From positions 80,689-144,688 of the forward strand of contig JACPLG010000008.1 of the NCBI GenBank assembly GCA_016186625.1: 64,000 nucleotides of DNA, read 5' to 3'. Position numbers and translations under genes: made by a program. This DNA is from Candidatus Levyibacteriota bacterium (GTDB taxonomy: Bacteria > Patescibacteriota > Microgenomatia > Levybacterales > UBA12049). The notes under the pieces are model-generated. The model was not told where the DNA came from. It did no database searches and saw only the letters and a list, made by a program, of their open reading frames with translations. Within the stretch, counting starts at the first letter, position 1. Each line of letters starts with the position of its first letter. Of the stretch, positions 46,579 to 56,397 are shown piece after piece.

Positions 46579-47296
46579 GCTATAATAGGTCCGAACATCA
46601 TTCGGTAGGCTACCCCAAGTTTTTTGGCCTCGATTTTTGACACCCAGATTCGCAAGTTCGAACCTTTGGTATAATACTTTTATGCAGAAAACTAGCAAAC
46701 CATTAGCACATATTATTATTGGATTTGTAGGTTCTGGAAAGACAACATTTGCTCGTAAACTTGAAAAAGAAACAGGAGCCGTTCGGTTTACCAAAGATGA
46801 ATGGATGGTAAGAGTATTTGGAAATACTCCTCCTAAAGACAAATTTGAAGAATATGATAGTAAAATGACATCGCTTGCAACAGAAATGGCGCTTAAATGC
46901 TTAAAAGCAGGAATAAGTGTCATTATTGACGAAGGATTTTGGGTAAAAGAGCACCGAGAAGCAATCAGAGAAAAAGTAAATAGTGTGGGTGCTATCCCAA
47001 AACTTTATTATATTGAAGCACCTTTTGAGACGATGAAAGCAAGAACTTTAAGAAGAACAGAAAATCCTCCTGTTGATTCTTTTACGATTGACGAAGAATC
47101 TTTTAATCAATACTGGAGACATTTTCAGCCTCCCGATAAAGATGAAGAATTTAAATTAATAAGTCAAGAAGATTTAAACCAACCGCTACGATAAAGTCTT
47201 TTTCAATATAGAACCGCAAACGCGGTATTGTAAAGCTCTATTTCCTGAAGTTGCAGTTTGCTATAATAAGTCCGAACATCGTTCGGCAGGCTACCC
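46579..47296. repeat. 37-bp direct repeats (46579-46615, 47260-47296) flanking a kinase gene
   Basis: 34/37 identical; all three differences synonymous in the minus-strand peptide GSLPNDVRTYYS. Confidence 0.8.
46682..47194 (+). CDS. AAA_33-type P-loop kinase
   Basis: GFVGSGKTTFARKL, VIIDEGFW. Confidence 0.85.
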   Translation: MQKTSKPLAHIIIGFVGSGKTTFARKLEKETGAVRFTKDEWMVRVFGNTPPKDKFEEYDSKMTSLATEMALKCLKAGISVIIDEGFWVKEHREAIREKVNSVGAIPKLYYIEAPFETMKARTLRRTENPPVDSFTIDEESFNQYWRHFQPPDKDEEFKLISQEDLNQPLR

Positions 47297-47349
47297 ATTT
47301 TTAGCCCTATAGTTTATTTAAGGCTCATTTTTTGATATAATTCCTCCTT

Positions 47350-48429
47350 ATGCCGCAAGACAGACAATTTGAGGAACGACAAAGAGAAAGCGAGCCATCG
47401 CCTTTGATATCAATTACAGCTGTAGGATTTGAACACAGATTTTATAATATTCAATGTTTAGGATCTGTTTTTGAACAAACACACGTAGCCCTGTCGGCGA
47501 ACAGATCGGCAAGAAATATAGTCTATTTAGAAGATGCAGGGAAGACCGTAGTAGTCGCAGATGCACGAAAAAGAGACGTTGAGGTATTTGGACTTGCAGG
47601 TTTTTTAGTAAAGGAAGCTTTTGTGGCACAATTCAGAACCGAGCCCGACAGGACCTATGTTGCAGCTATGGTAAGAAAAATTGGGACGGAAATTTCAAGA
47701 GGCGACTTCTCGAGTCTGCCCGTAACAAGCGTCCAAAATTTTGTTCTGAATCTAGGTCTTGATGATATAAGGACAGACAGATATTTTGATGTTGAATTTG
47801 AAGCTCATACGCCAGGAGCTATTAGAAACGATAATAAATCCCAAGAAAGATTCCAGAGACTATCAGCAGAAGCCATTAGTAAGTGGGAGAGTGGTCAATT
47901 TGATGAGTCTTTAAGTGCTTACAAACGTGCTAAAGCTGTAATCCACGCATCCGGAGCAGCAAGAAATCCAGAAATTGTCCAACAAATTAGAAGATTAGTA
48001 AAAGAATTAGCTAATAATCCTCAAGGCGGAAATATCGTTTTACTTTTAGGAGAAAGTCATTTGCCGGTCATTGACATGCTTCAAAGACAAATTGGCAATA
48101 TGCCATCTGTCACGTTCGACAAGAAAAGAGGAAAAGTTTTTGCTGACAGCCCAGAAGGAAAATTGGATAAAGCTATGTTATCTAAAGAACAAGCACCTGA
48201 TTTAACCTATGTCCAATCTCTTTTACTTGTTCATGCTATTGGCGAGTTGGCTCAAATGTATATGGCGAGCCAAGATATGGGAACTTTTATGACAAATTAT
48301 GAGGATGTTTATAAAAAATGCGCAGAGATTACAGAACGGTTAAGCATCGATGAGATTAGACAATTATGTGAGAGTAGAACTCAAATTGGCCAATACTTTC
48401 TAAGAAAAATATTACCCAATCTCCGTTAA
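47350..48429 (+). CDS. Hypothetical protein
   Basis: 359 aa ORF with TATAAT just upstream. Confidence 0.7.
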   Translation: MPQDRQFEERQRESEPSPLISITAVGFEHRFYNIQCLGSVFEQTHVALSANRSARNIVYLEDAGKTVVVADARKRDVEVFGLAGFLVKEAFVAQFRTEPDRTYVAAMVRKIGTEISRGDFSSLPVTSVQNFVLNLGLDDIRTDRYFDVEFEAHTPGAIRNDNKSQERFQRLSAEAISKWESGQFDESLSAYKRAKAVIHASGAARNPEIVQQIRRLVKELANNPQGGNIVLLLGESHLPVIDMLQRQIGNMPSVTFDKKRGKVFADSPEGKLDKAMLSKEQAPDLTYVQSLLLVHAIGELAQMYMASQDMGTFMTNYEDVYKKCAEITERLSIDEIRQLCESRTQIGQYFLRKILPNLR

Positions 48430-48654
48430 TTTCGACTGAGGAAATATCGGTTCCGATACCTGATTTGTACGTAATTGTTCTAAGAACTCATCCCTTAGAT
48501 TTCACTCCCTCCAAAGGCGGGCAGGCAGGATAAACATCATGGACTTGCTTCTTTTTAGCCTCAAATCTGCTATAATCCCCTCTTATGGGAGTCGAGGATT
48601 ATTTTCCAAACATCCAATTTCCCATAGCCTAGCTTATTTGTTATACTATATTTT

Positions 48655-48888
48655 ATGTTTCTGTTGACGCTTCCAGTAAAAATTCTCGGAATCACGGGAA
48701 CAATAATCTTAATTACAGTTGTTTACTGGCTGTTTGTAGGAGTAGGGCTAAATTTTGGAGTAAAGAATGAGCCATGCGCACAAGTTATGGCAAAGGCAAA
48801 AAATCCCATCTCAGGAGTGGAGCGTGAATTTTCCAGTCCGTGCAAAGTGCCAGTGGGCTGGCAGATAACAGAAGAAGGAAGGTTATAA
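48655..48888 (+). CDS. Small membrane protein with Cys pair (CAQV..NP..PCKVPVGW)
   Basis: TM helix plus short Cys-containing domain. Confidence 0.65.
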   Translation: MFLLTLPVKILGITGTIILITVVYWLFVGVGLNFGVKNEPCAQVMAKAKNPISGVEREFSSPCKVPVGWQITEEGRL

Positions 48889-49401
48889 TCTTTCTACAGA
48901 ATGAAGAAGTAGAACTGATCCCTCAGACCATCTTCCAATACCGCTATCATCAAGAGCAATATCCTTCCCGTCCAGAGGAAGTCCGATGGCTCGCTCAAGT
49001 TCAACTCTATCCATGATCCTTACCCTTCCTTTAAGATGAACATTCACAGTTTCTCCGAGCCCAACCTCGCCTTCTACCGTGTCTTTTGGTAGCACAAATA
49101 TTGTTTTTGAGATGATAAGAAGACGTCCTTGCTGACCGAGTAATCCTTGCCCACCTGCATTAACAAAAAAAACTCTTTTTGTCACCCAGTCGGTGATCTG
49201 AGAATCCACTTCAACAGTTAGCCCATCATATACCAACGGGTCCTTTATAACATTTGCAGCCTCAACTGTTATCTTGACAGTCTCTTTGTCTCTTGCGTCT
49301 TCCTTTGCAGGCTGTGTAGCCCGGCTTAGTATAAAAAGCAGTATAAAAATAACCGCAAAAATTATTACGACAATTGAAATTAATATGGATCTTTGTCCCA
49401 T
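48883..49401 (-). CDS. Membrane-anchored hypothetical protein
   Basis: N-terminal TM helix; beta-rich body. Confidence 0.6.
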   Translation of the reverse strand: MGQRSILISIVVIIFAVIFILLFILSRATQPAKEDARDKETVKITVEAANVIKDPLVYDGLTVEVDSQITDWVTKRVFFVNAGGQGLLGQQGRLLIISKTIFVLPKDTVEGEVGLGETVNVHLKGRVRIMDRVELERAIGLPLDGKDIALDDSGIGRWSEGSVLLLHSVERL

Positions 49402-49450
49402 AGTGCTACGTATTATAGGATATCTTTTGTGGAAATGCAAGCGTGGTTAA

Positions 49451-50620
49451 TTAGATTTGACGTTTTATAAATGAGGTCAGCTTTTTTACTTTCTCAATCC
49501 CACTCTGCCCTTCTTTTAAAATCTCAAACTCATCATGAATTTCCCCAACCAGACTTTCAACTGCGTCTTCAAGCGTAACAATTCCCTGAGTTTGCCCTTT
49601 CTCATTCCTAACTGCCGCCATATGAATTCTCCTTGCTCTCATCATAAGCATAACATCGTCTATTTTTTCGCTGCCAAATACTTTAGGAAGACTTCTAATT
49701 ATTCCAAGTTCTCCAAGTGTTTTGTCTCTATTCCTTAAGACAAAGGTCCTATACAAGTCTTTTATCAGTTCAATTTTAGGTTGGGAGACTAGATTTCTAA
49801 AGACATCTTTGATGTGAATGAAGCCTACAACATTATCTATTGTCCTCTCATAGATAGGAAAACGGCTATGTGGATTTTGCTGTAAAGTTTTGATGACCTC
49901 TTTTAGAGGAGTTGACCTTTCAAACGCAATGACTCTTTCTTTAGGAACCATAATTTTTTCAACCGGAGTATCTCCAAGCCGCAGCACCGAATAGACCATT
50001 TCAGCTTCTTCCTTTTCAATTGCACCCTCCTGCGCGCTTTGAGCTAGTATCATTTTTATTTCTTCTTCTGAGTGAACCAGCTGATGTCCGGATGGCGCTT
50101 TAAAACCGATTGCTTTTAAAACAAGTATTCCAGCGCCATTTAATATAAAAATAAAAGGTTTGAAAATAGTAGTAAAAATGCTAAGTGGTGTGATTATAAG
50201 AAAAGAGGTTTTTTCGGCACGTTGCAGAGCAATTGACTTTGGAGCTAGCTCTCCCAGGACTATATGAAGAAAAGTTATAGCGGAAAAGGCTATTGCAAAT
50301 GACAGTCCGTGCGCGGAAAGCGAGACTACGCCATTCGGCAAAAAGCTTTGAAGAGATGGTTCAATAAGTCGGGCTAGAAACGGCTCACCAACCCATCCAA
50401 GACCAAGGCTGGCAATTGTAATTCCAAGCTGGGTTGCGGAAATAAAAGTATCAAGATTTTTTAGGGATTTCTGGACAAGTACCGCTGTCTGATTTCCCTC
50501 TTTTACCAGCTCATCAATTCTGGTTTTTCTAACACCAACAAGGGCAAACTCAGAGGCTACAAAAAATCCGTTGAGAAAAACTAGAAAAATAAGAAACAGA
50601 AGCTGGGGAATAACGTCCAT
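49451..50620 (-). CDS. Hemolysin-family CNNM/CBS-domain protein
   Basis: NGFFVASEFAL, QLGITIASLGLG, GELAPKS, HSRFP, GIVTLED. Confidence 0.93.
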   Translation of the reverse strand: MDVIPQLLFLIFLVFLNGFFVASEFALVGVRKTRIDELVKEGNQTAVLVQKSLKNLDTFISATQLGITIASLGLGWVGEPFLARLIEPSLQSFLPNGVVSLSAHGLSFAIAFSAITFLHIVLGELAPKSIALQRAEKTSFLIITPLSIFTTIFKPFIFILNGAGILVLKAIGFKAPSGHQLVHSEEEIKMILAQSAQEGAIEKEEAEMVYSVLRLGDTPVEKIMVPKERVIAFERSTPLKEVIKTLQQNPHSRFPIYERTIDNVVGFIHIKDVFRNLVSQPKIELIKDLYRTFVLRNRDKTLGELGIIRSLPKVFGSEKIDDVMLMMRARRIHMAAVRNEKGQTQGIVTLEDAVESLVGEIHDEFEILKEGQSGIEKVKKLTSFIKRQI

Positions 50621-50663
50621 TGAGAAATAAGTATAACACTTAGTTATACTTGGAGCAATTAAG

Positions 50664-51725
50664 TTATGCGAGTAAATCCTCGGGAGGGAAGCGGTTGGGA
50701 GAGCTAACGGTTGCCAGATTTGAAGCGTTAGATGAGATATCCTGTCCTTCTGGGGGTAATGGATGTGGAGCTCTAAGCGTAACAATTCCGTTTACATTTG
50801 CAGTTTGTGAATATCCCTTATAGGATCTAGCTAGAGTGGGAACTCGTCTAGCAATAGGGGACATAATTTGCGATTTCATCTCACCAGGGATGTTAAAAAA
50901 AGTATCAGAGGCTTTTATTAGATCCCTCAGCGAAATACTACCATAGTATGGTAAAGAATCATTGCTTCCGGTATAAATATTGCCATCGCTATTCAGTTGA
51001 ATACTAACAGAAGCAGTTGTTATGGACGGATCATCCTGATCAGCAACTTGTATTGCAAAACTCCAAATTGCTGATTCTGGATCAAATAAATTTCTTGTCT
51101 CCGGAAAAATATAATAGATAACTCCTCCTTCATAGTACTCATAATCTCTATAGCCTAAACTATCCAAAATTTCAATGTGTTTGGAGGGATTTACCACAAT
51201 TCTTGCGTATGTTTCCTGAATAAATGGATCCGAGTTTGTCTGCAGAAACTCTCCCATCACGTCAATAGCAACTTGATATTTTCCATTTTGTTGTTCTCGT
51301 TCTTCTTGCGCTTCATTCTCTGCGTCTGAATTACCAGAGGTAACCTCCGCTGAAATATTTTGTGTTCTTAGAGAGGGTATTTCGCTGGCTGTTTCTATTG
51401 CCGGAGGGAAAGTTATGTCTTCTCTGAATTCCGAAGATTGAAACGGATTTTCTGCGGCAAACACATGTTTTTCACCAGATATTCCAGGATTCAGCGCTGA
51501 TCCATCTGCTGGAAGAGAATCTTGAGGGAAAGTTATGTCAACTTGATAGGCGCCGGTGTGAGCTGAAACTTTTTGTCCGGTTGTGCGTAACTCTCCTGAT
51601 TCGACAATTGGCGGAGGGAATGGTGGGAGTGACTCTTGTTGAGAGGAAACAGGAGCGGCAACACCAGTAACCCCAGCGGCAGTTGCTAATAAAGTTTTTA
51701 ATAATCTCTCTCTTCCCGCGCTCAT
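50664..51725 (-). CDS. Hypothetical secreted protein
   Basis: Signal-like N-terminus; ~353 aa ORF. Confidence 0.6.
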   Translation of the reverse strand: MSAGRERLLKTLLATAAGVTGVAAPVSSQQESLPPFPPPIVESGELRTTGQKVSAHTGAYQVDITFPQDSLPADGSALNPGISGEKHVFAAENPFQSSEFREDITFPPAIETASEIPSLRTQNISAEVTSGNSDAENEAQEEREQQNGKYQVAIDVMGEFLQTNSDPFIQETYARIVVNPSKHIEILDSLGYRDYEYYEGGVIYYIFPETRNLFDPESAIWSFAIQVADQDDPSITTASVSIQLNSDGNIYTGSNDSLPYYGSISLRDLIKASDTFFNIPGEMKSQIMSPIARRVPTLARSYKGYSQTANVNGIVTLRAPHPLPPEGQDISSNASNLATVSSPNRFPPEDLLA

Positions 51726-51805
51726 CCCCGAACTTAAACCATCTTTAAAACTATAACACAACATAACAAATATATCTATAGGGTAGAATTTTGGGCAACT
51801 TGAAA

Positions 51806-52177
51806 TTATATTAGGGAGCCGTGTTTTGATACAAATTGCCGGGTAGGCTCGGATAAGTGAAGCTTCTGCACTTCACCAAGCGTAAAAAAATCCAGGAGCT
51901 GTCCCTCACCCCGTTCTATTTTGTTTACATTATCATCAGTTAACCTTGCGTGATAACAATTTTCTGAGATAAACTCCACTTCTTCTATTTTTATGCTTGC
52001 TTCTTTTTCAACGCGCCGCGCCATGGCTTCTTCAAATGATTCTCCGCCGTCTTTTTCTCCACCAATAAAACACCATTCATGCTCTTTGGCATCAAGTGGT
52101 CCGCTCATTTTATACATAAGAAGCGCTTTTCCTTTGTAAGTTAGAAGAATTAAGCAGGTTAGGGTCTTATCATCCAC
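51806..52177 (-). CDS. NUDIX hydrolase-like protein
   Basis: GGEKDGGESFEEAMARRVEKE degenerate Nudix box. Confidence 0.75.
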   Translation of the reverse strand: MDDKTLTCLILLTYKGKALLMYKMSGPLDAKEHEWCFIGGEKDGGESFEEAMARRVEKEASIKIEEVEFISENCYHARLTDDNVNKIERGEGQLLDFFTLGEVQKLHLSEPTRQFVSKHGSLI

Positions 52178-52314
52178 AACTTTATTATAGACTTATTTAA
52201 CAAGAAAAGTTGGAGGAAAAAGTATGTCAGGGGTAATTATAGCAGAAGATACCATATTTTAAGAACAAGAAAATCCTTAAGATTACATCCAAGCGTAAAT
52301 TCAAGCTTACACAG

Positions 52315-52861
52315 TTTACACCCCGGGGGTGGATTTAGCTTTACACCCCAGGATTTAATTTAAGTGCGCAAGGCACTTGTTAATAAAATTATAAATTCTA
52401 CAATGTGTCTATGAAAGCCGTGAGACAAGAGCATTTTTCAGGATGTGCTGTTGCTTGTGTTGCATTTGTTTTACGAACAAACTATAAAAGCGCACTTAAG
52501 AGTTTTGATAAAGGTTCGGAAAGAGCCCGAATTCGTGGTTTTTATAGCCGCGAGATTATTGTTGCACTTGAAAGAAATGGGCTTAAATACGCTCTTAAAT
52601 ATGTGGGAAGAAAAAAGAATGATGATTACCCTAAAGGCACAATTGTCTTTACCAAGAGAGACTCAAAACGACCTTTCGGACATTATCTTTGCAAAACAGA
52701 AAAAGGATGGATGGATCCATGGATAAATTTCCCAAGACTGAGTGCTAAAGCCGGCTTTCGCAAACACCTCCCCGGAAAAGCAGTTTATGCAATAATAAAA
52801 CATTGAAATTTCCGCTCCTAGGTTTACACCCCGGGTGTGGATTTAGCTTTACACCCCAGGA
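52315..52861 (+). repeat. Two direct family 2 REP doublets (52315-52356, 52823-52861) bracketing one gene
   Basis: tttacaccccggg(g/t)gtggatttagctttacaccccagga at both sites. Confidence 0.85.
52405..52806 (+). CDS. Small C39-like cysteine peptidase-fold protein
   Basis: QEHFSGCAVACVA..GHY..MDPW (Q-C-H-D). Confidence 0.7.
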   Translation: MSMKAVRQEHFSGCAVACVAFVLRTNYKSALKSFDKGSERARIRGFYSREIIVALERNGLKYALKYVGRKKNDDYPKGTIVFTKRDSKRPFGHYLCKTEKGWMDPWINFPRLSAKAGFRKHLPGKAVYAIIKH

Positions 52862-52893
52862 GTTTGTTAGAGTTGTTGAGAGTTGTTGGATCA

Positions 52894-54084
52894 TTACTTC
52901 CTGACAAAGAGGAGGGCGTTGGGGATTGCGCGGCCGGGCCCGACTTTATATCCTCCGCTCCAAAGAGCGGTTGAGCCGCCAGAGTCTAAGTTCAGGGCAT
53001 TTTGAATGCCCATTGCGTGTAAAACGCGTGCCATCTGTGCTGCGTTTACTCCGTGTACTACTCCGATGTAAGCAGTTGAACCGGTTGCTCCTGCAAAACT
53101 TCTGCTTCCTGCACCAGCCCGTTTTACTTCATCATCTCCTCCAAAAACCACATTCCCACCGGAGACAAGAAGTGGTTGATTTGCCAAAACGCTATCTACT
53201 CCAGTATCTCTTCCCCACCCAGAACTTGCTCCAATAAATCTCGCAGAATTTCCTGAGAAAATTACAGCCGGAACACTGCTATAAACATTGTTATCAGAAT
53301 TAAAATAAACCTTATTCTTATTCATAAGAAGAGTGTCAAATGAGTTAGCCTTACCCGCGCAGCTTGGGTATGAAGCCGGACAAAAATACGAACCGTTAAC
53401 TCCGGCAAATGCTCCGCTTCTTGCCACATAATCGCCCAGAGCAAGGACTGGACAATTGTCGCGGCAGTCCCCGTCTGATGCTGTATCCACAATTACTCTT
53501 GTTGAGGCAAGATCCGCTGCGACGACGTCAACTATAAATTCTCCAAAATCAGTTTTGACTTTTTGTCTTGAGTAACCGGAGCCAGGCACGGCATTACTCA
53601 CTGGAACGCTTGCTGAAGAAGCAGCAATATTTGAAGAGGTAGGCGTCTTTGGTGCTTCCTGATCGATCTTTAAACTAAGCTGGGAAAACTGGGCAGAGGC
53701 AGATGAATAGTTTCTTTTTGAGAGAAGACTAAGCGCATTTGCAAATGTTTTTTCGTAATCGGAAACATTCCTCTTTGCGTCTTTAGCATCTATTATTTTC
53801 TCATAAAGCAAAACCGCCTGGATATAAGTTTTTTCAATGTTGCTAATTGTTTCCTCAAGTTCTTTATTTTTTTTGTACTGATCTTCTGATTTAAGTTTTG
53901 TTAGCTCTTTTTCAATATTTTGGTTTGTGGTCTTTAGGTTCTTATTTTCTTTTTTTGTTTGGGCTGTTAGGGCGGTTAGGGATATTAGGGCTATTAGGGA
54001 TATCGCAAGTGCGAGCCCTGGAAGGCTGAGGTGTTTAGGGAGAATGGAAAGATTATTGAAATAAGACTTTATCCTGGGATTCAT
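52894..54084 (-). CDS. Phosphodiester glycosidase (NAGPA) family protein
   Basis: GVNGSYF, ALNLDSGGS, IPNAL; TM plus coiled coil. Confidence 0.85.
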   Translation of the reverse strand: MNPRIKSYFNNLSILPKHLSLPGLALAISLIALISLTALTAQTKKENKNLKTTNQNIEKELTKLKSEDQYKKNKELEETISNIEKTYIQAVLLYEKIIDAKDAKRNVSDYEKTFANALSLLSKRNYSSASAQFSQLSLKIDQEAPKTPTSSNIAASSASVPVSNAVPGSGYSRQKVKTDFGEFIVDVVAADLASTRVIVDTASDGDCRDNCPVLALGDYVARSGAFAGVNGSYFCPASYPSCAGKANSFDTLLMNKNKVYFNSDNNVYSSVPAVIFSGNSARFIGASSGWGRDTGVDSVLANQPLLVSGGNVVFGGDDEVKRAGAGSRSFAGATGSTAYIGVVHGVNAAQMARVLHAMGIQNALNLDSGGSTALWSGGYKVGPGRAIPNALLFVRK

Positions 54085-54404
54085 TTTTTGCTTTCTTCAA
54101 TATCTTTATGAAGCTGCCGTTTTAATTCTTCTGCTGTTTTTTTAATCTTATCTTCTATGTTGTCAACGCTTTTTGTAAGAAGTTTCCAGATTTTTTGTTG
54201 TTCATCTTCTGCCAGAAGCTTTAAAAATTCCTGTTTATCAATTTCAGTGAGCTCTGAAAGGACAACGTCTAGAATCGCATGGTGCAGATTGTCCTGCGCC
54301 AGTTCAATCAAGTGCTTCCTTTCTTCCTGGCTTAGATCCATGTCTGCCAAAGCAAGGCTAAGCGAAGAAGTTTCTATAACATGTGAATAAAAATGCGTTT
54401 TCAT
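54081..54404 (-). CDS. Conserved helical hypothetical protein
   Basis: LHHAILDVVLSEL; stop overlaps the downstream start. Confidence 0.7.
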   Translation of the reverse strand: MKTHFYSHVIETSSLSLALADMDLSQEERKHLIELAQDNLHHAILDVVLSELTEIDKQEFLKLLAEDEQQKIWKLLTKSVDNIEDKIKKTAEELKRQLHKDIEESKK

Positions 54405-54441
54405 AAAATGAGAATTGTTCGATTGCTCGATTGTTTCATTG

Positions 54442-55311
54442 TTAAATTGGATCAACTGGTCCCAATGGTATAGTATCATTAGGATCGTCAATAAAAAAAT
54501 ATAGCACAGGTCCAACTCCCCCTCCGTCAACACGCTCCAAATATTTCATTACCTCAGGGGAGCCTCCCAAATGTTTTCCTGTCCACTCAGCCGGGCCTGC
54601 ATCCCCAATAACAGCAACCATTGCCCTGCCGTTTTGCGGATTTACAACAAGCATTTTTCGGAATTTAAAAAAATCCCGATACTGGGCAATCCTTTGATTG
54701 AACTGCGGAGCAAGAAAAGTTTGGACAGCAATATAATACTTCTCTTGTGCTACATCTTGTTGAGTCATGTTTGCCCTGGATGTGGTGAAATAACCCCACG
54801 CGCCAAGGCCGGGAGCCATACCGGATGAATAATAGGCTGAAGCTTCCTGCCTGTTACCGTCAAAATGGGAGGACATATTGTCACCCGGGTAGCGGGCTAG
54901 GTGCTGCTCTGCTCCTATTAAGCCATAACTTCTATTAAGTCGCAAGCCAGAAAGTTGGGCGCTTACCTTCATCCCATATTTTTTTGAAAGAATTTGGCCA
55001 ATCTCCTCTTCTTCCTGGGAAGTTAAGGGTCTTACTGTATTAGGCAGTATTGATGACAAATCTGAAATCACAAAGGCTCTATCAACAACTTCTTCTGAAA
55101 CTTGATTTTGGGGGACCTGGGCAGGCGTTGTACTTTTTTGAATAGGGGAAGTGAGTAACACCAAACTCCCAAGAGAGCCCACCGCCAGTTGTTTGGTATT
55201 TCGGCTTAGCCATTCAAAAGAGTTTTTATGTTTTTTAATGAGGGTTTTTTGAAGATTTTTGTGTTTTTTTACCCACCTCTGCCTGAGGAATTGGTAATTC
55301 TGAGACTGCAT
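54442..55311 (-). CDS. Conserved hypothetical protein, possibly DPBB-like cell-wall enzyme
   Basis: VVNPQNGRAMVAVIGDAGP..GGSPE. Confidence 0.65.
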   Translation of the reverse strand: MQSQNYQFLRQRWVKKHKNLQKTLIKKHKNSFEWLSRNTKQLAVGSLGSLVLLTSPIQKSTTPAQVPQNQVSEEVVDRAFVISDLSSILPNTVRPLTSQEEEEIGQILSKKYGMKVSAQLSGLRLNRSYGLIGAEQHLARYPGDNMSSHFDGNRQEASAYYSSGMAPGLGAWGYFTTSRANMTQQDVAQEKYYIAVQTFLAPQFNQRIAQYRDFFKFRKMLVVNPQNGRAMVAVIGDAGPAEWTGKHLGGSPEVMKYLERVDGGGVGPVLYFFIDDPNDTIPLGPVDPI

Positions 55312-55436
55312 ACAAAAATTGTAACAAAAAAAAGACTAGTCAAGCAATTTTTGTGTATAATTGCATGGTTGTCCCGTTAGATATTTAGCGGGCTAAATTA
55401 AGAATGATTTGTGATAATAACAAGATATCTAACGGG

Positions 55437-55571
55437 ATGAAAGAGAAAATGTTTGAAATCGTTTTGTTTTTAGTGGGTCTTGCTGGTCTTTTAATTCTTT
55501 TTACATTGCTTTACGCCGGGCCAAGATTTATTTTTAATAAGGTTTTAGATATCCTTAACATAACCTTATGA
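55437..55571 (+). CDS. 44-aa membrane peptide below the ORF-track cutoff
   Basis: MKEKMFEIVLFLVGLAGLLILFTLLYAGPRF..; ATGA overlap with the 55568 start. Confidence 0.55.
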   Translation: MKEKMFEIVLFLVGLAGLLILFTLLYAGPRFIFNKVLDILNITL

Positions 55572-56026
55572 AGTTTAAATTTATTATAGCTGTGGCTCTT
55601 ATCGTATTGGCAGTCGCGGCGATTATTTTAAACAAAGAAAAGAATAATAAATCTTTAGTTGATTCAACCAAATCTCATCAGGATTTAAAAAAATCTGAGA
55701 GCTTTTCTATAGTTCTTAATGAGCAAAACGCTTCTGGTCAAAGTGGACTTGCAACCATTGAAGCAAAAAATGATGTAATTGAGGTAAGAATTCTATCAGT
55801 CGGGTTTTCTCCAAACATTAATCAAGGATCAAATATTCACTCAGGCAGTTGTCAAAATGTGGGAAAAGAAATATATAAATTAGTTCCCGTGGCTAATGGC
55901 AAATCAGAAACAGTTATTATTGCTACGTGGAAAGAGTTTGAGGATCAGCTTCCGCTTGTTCTAGTTATTAATAGTCCAGAAGAATTACCAAGCATTTCCT
56001 CATGCGGTGAAATCAGTATTCAATAA
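55568..56026 (+). CDS. Secreted CHRD-like protein
   Basis: LNEQNASGQSGLAT..IHSGSC..SCGEI. Confidence 0.65.
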   Translation: MKFKFIIAVALIVLAVAAIILNKEKNNKSLVDSTKSHQDLKKSESFSIVLNEQNASGQSGLATIEAKNDVIEVRILSVGFSPNINQGSNIHSGSCQNVGKEIYKLVPVANGKSETVIIATWKEFEDQLPLVLVINSPEELPSISSCGEISIQ

Positions 56027-56110
56027 AAACCCACTCTCTCATAAAACGATCTTTAAATCATTAGTAGAAAGAGTGGGATAATAATAACTGCGTAAATAAG
56101 CCTAACAGGT

Positions 56111-56341
56111 TTATCTTTTGGACATTTTTGTCCAAGCGTCATAGCCGAGCCAAAGCCCTGATGCTCCTACTAATACGTATACCAACCATTCAACTTGTGG
56201 CCACGCGCCAAGAACCAAATTTACAACGTTCCAGTTAGCTCCTAAGAATCCTCCAAGTCCAACAAGTCCCCAGTTGACGGCTCCTACTACAACAAGAAAT
56301 GTCGCAGATGTTTCTACCCATTTCATGCTTTGTGCGTTCAA
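56111..56341 (-). CDS. DUF378 membrane protein
   Basis: LVVVGAVNWGLVG..VYVLVGASG. Confidence 0.88.
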   Translation of the reverse strand: MNAQSMKWVETSATFLVVVGAVNWGLVGLGGFLGANWNVVNLVLGAWPQVEWLVYVLVGASGLWLGYDAWTKMSKR

Positions 56342-56397
56342 ATTATTTCACCCCCTTTCGCCCTATATATCTAGTTATGCATATCCCAAAAATTCTG

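Noticed and set aside
46579-47296. CRISPR array from the 37-bp repeats
   Set aside because: Only two copies ~680 bp apart with a gene between, synonymous-only differences, and no cas genes.
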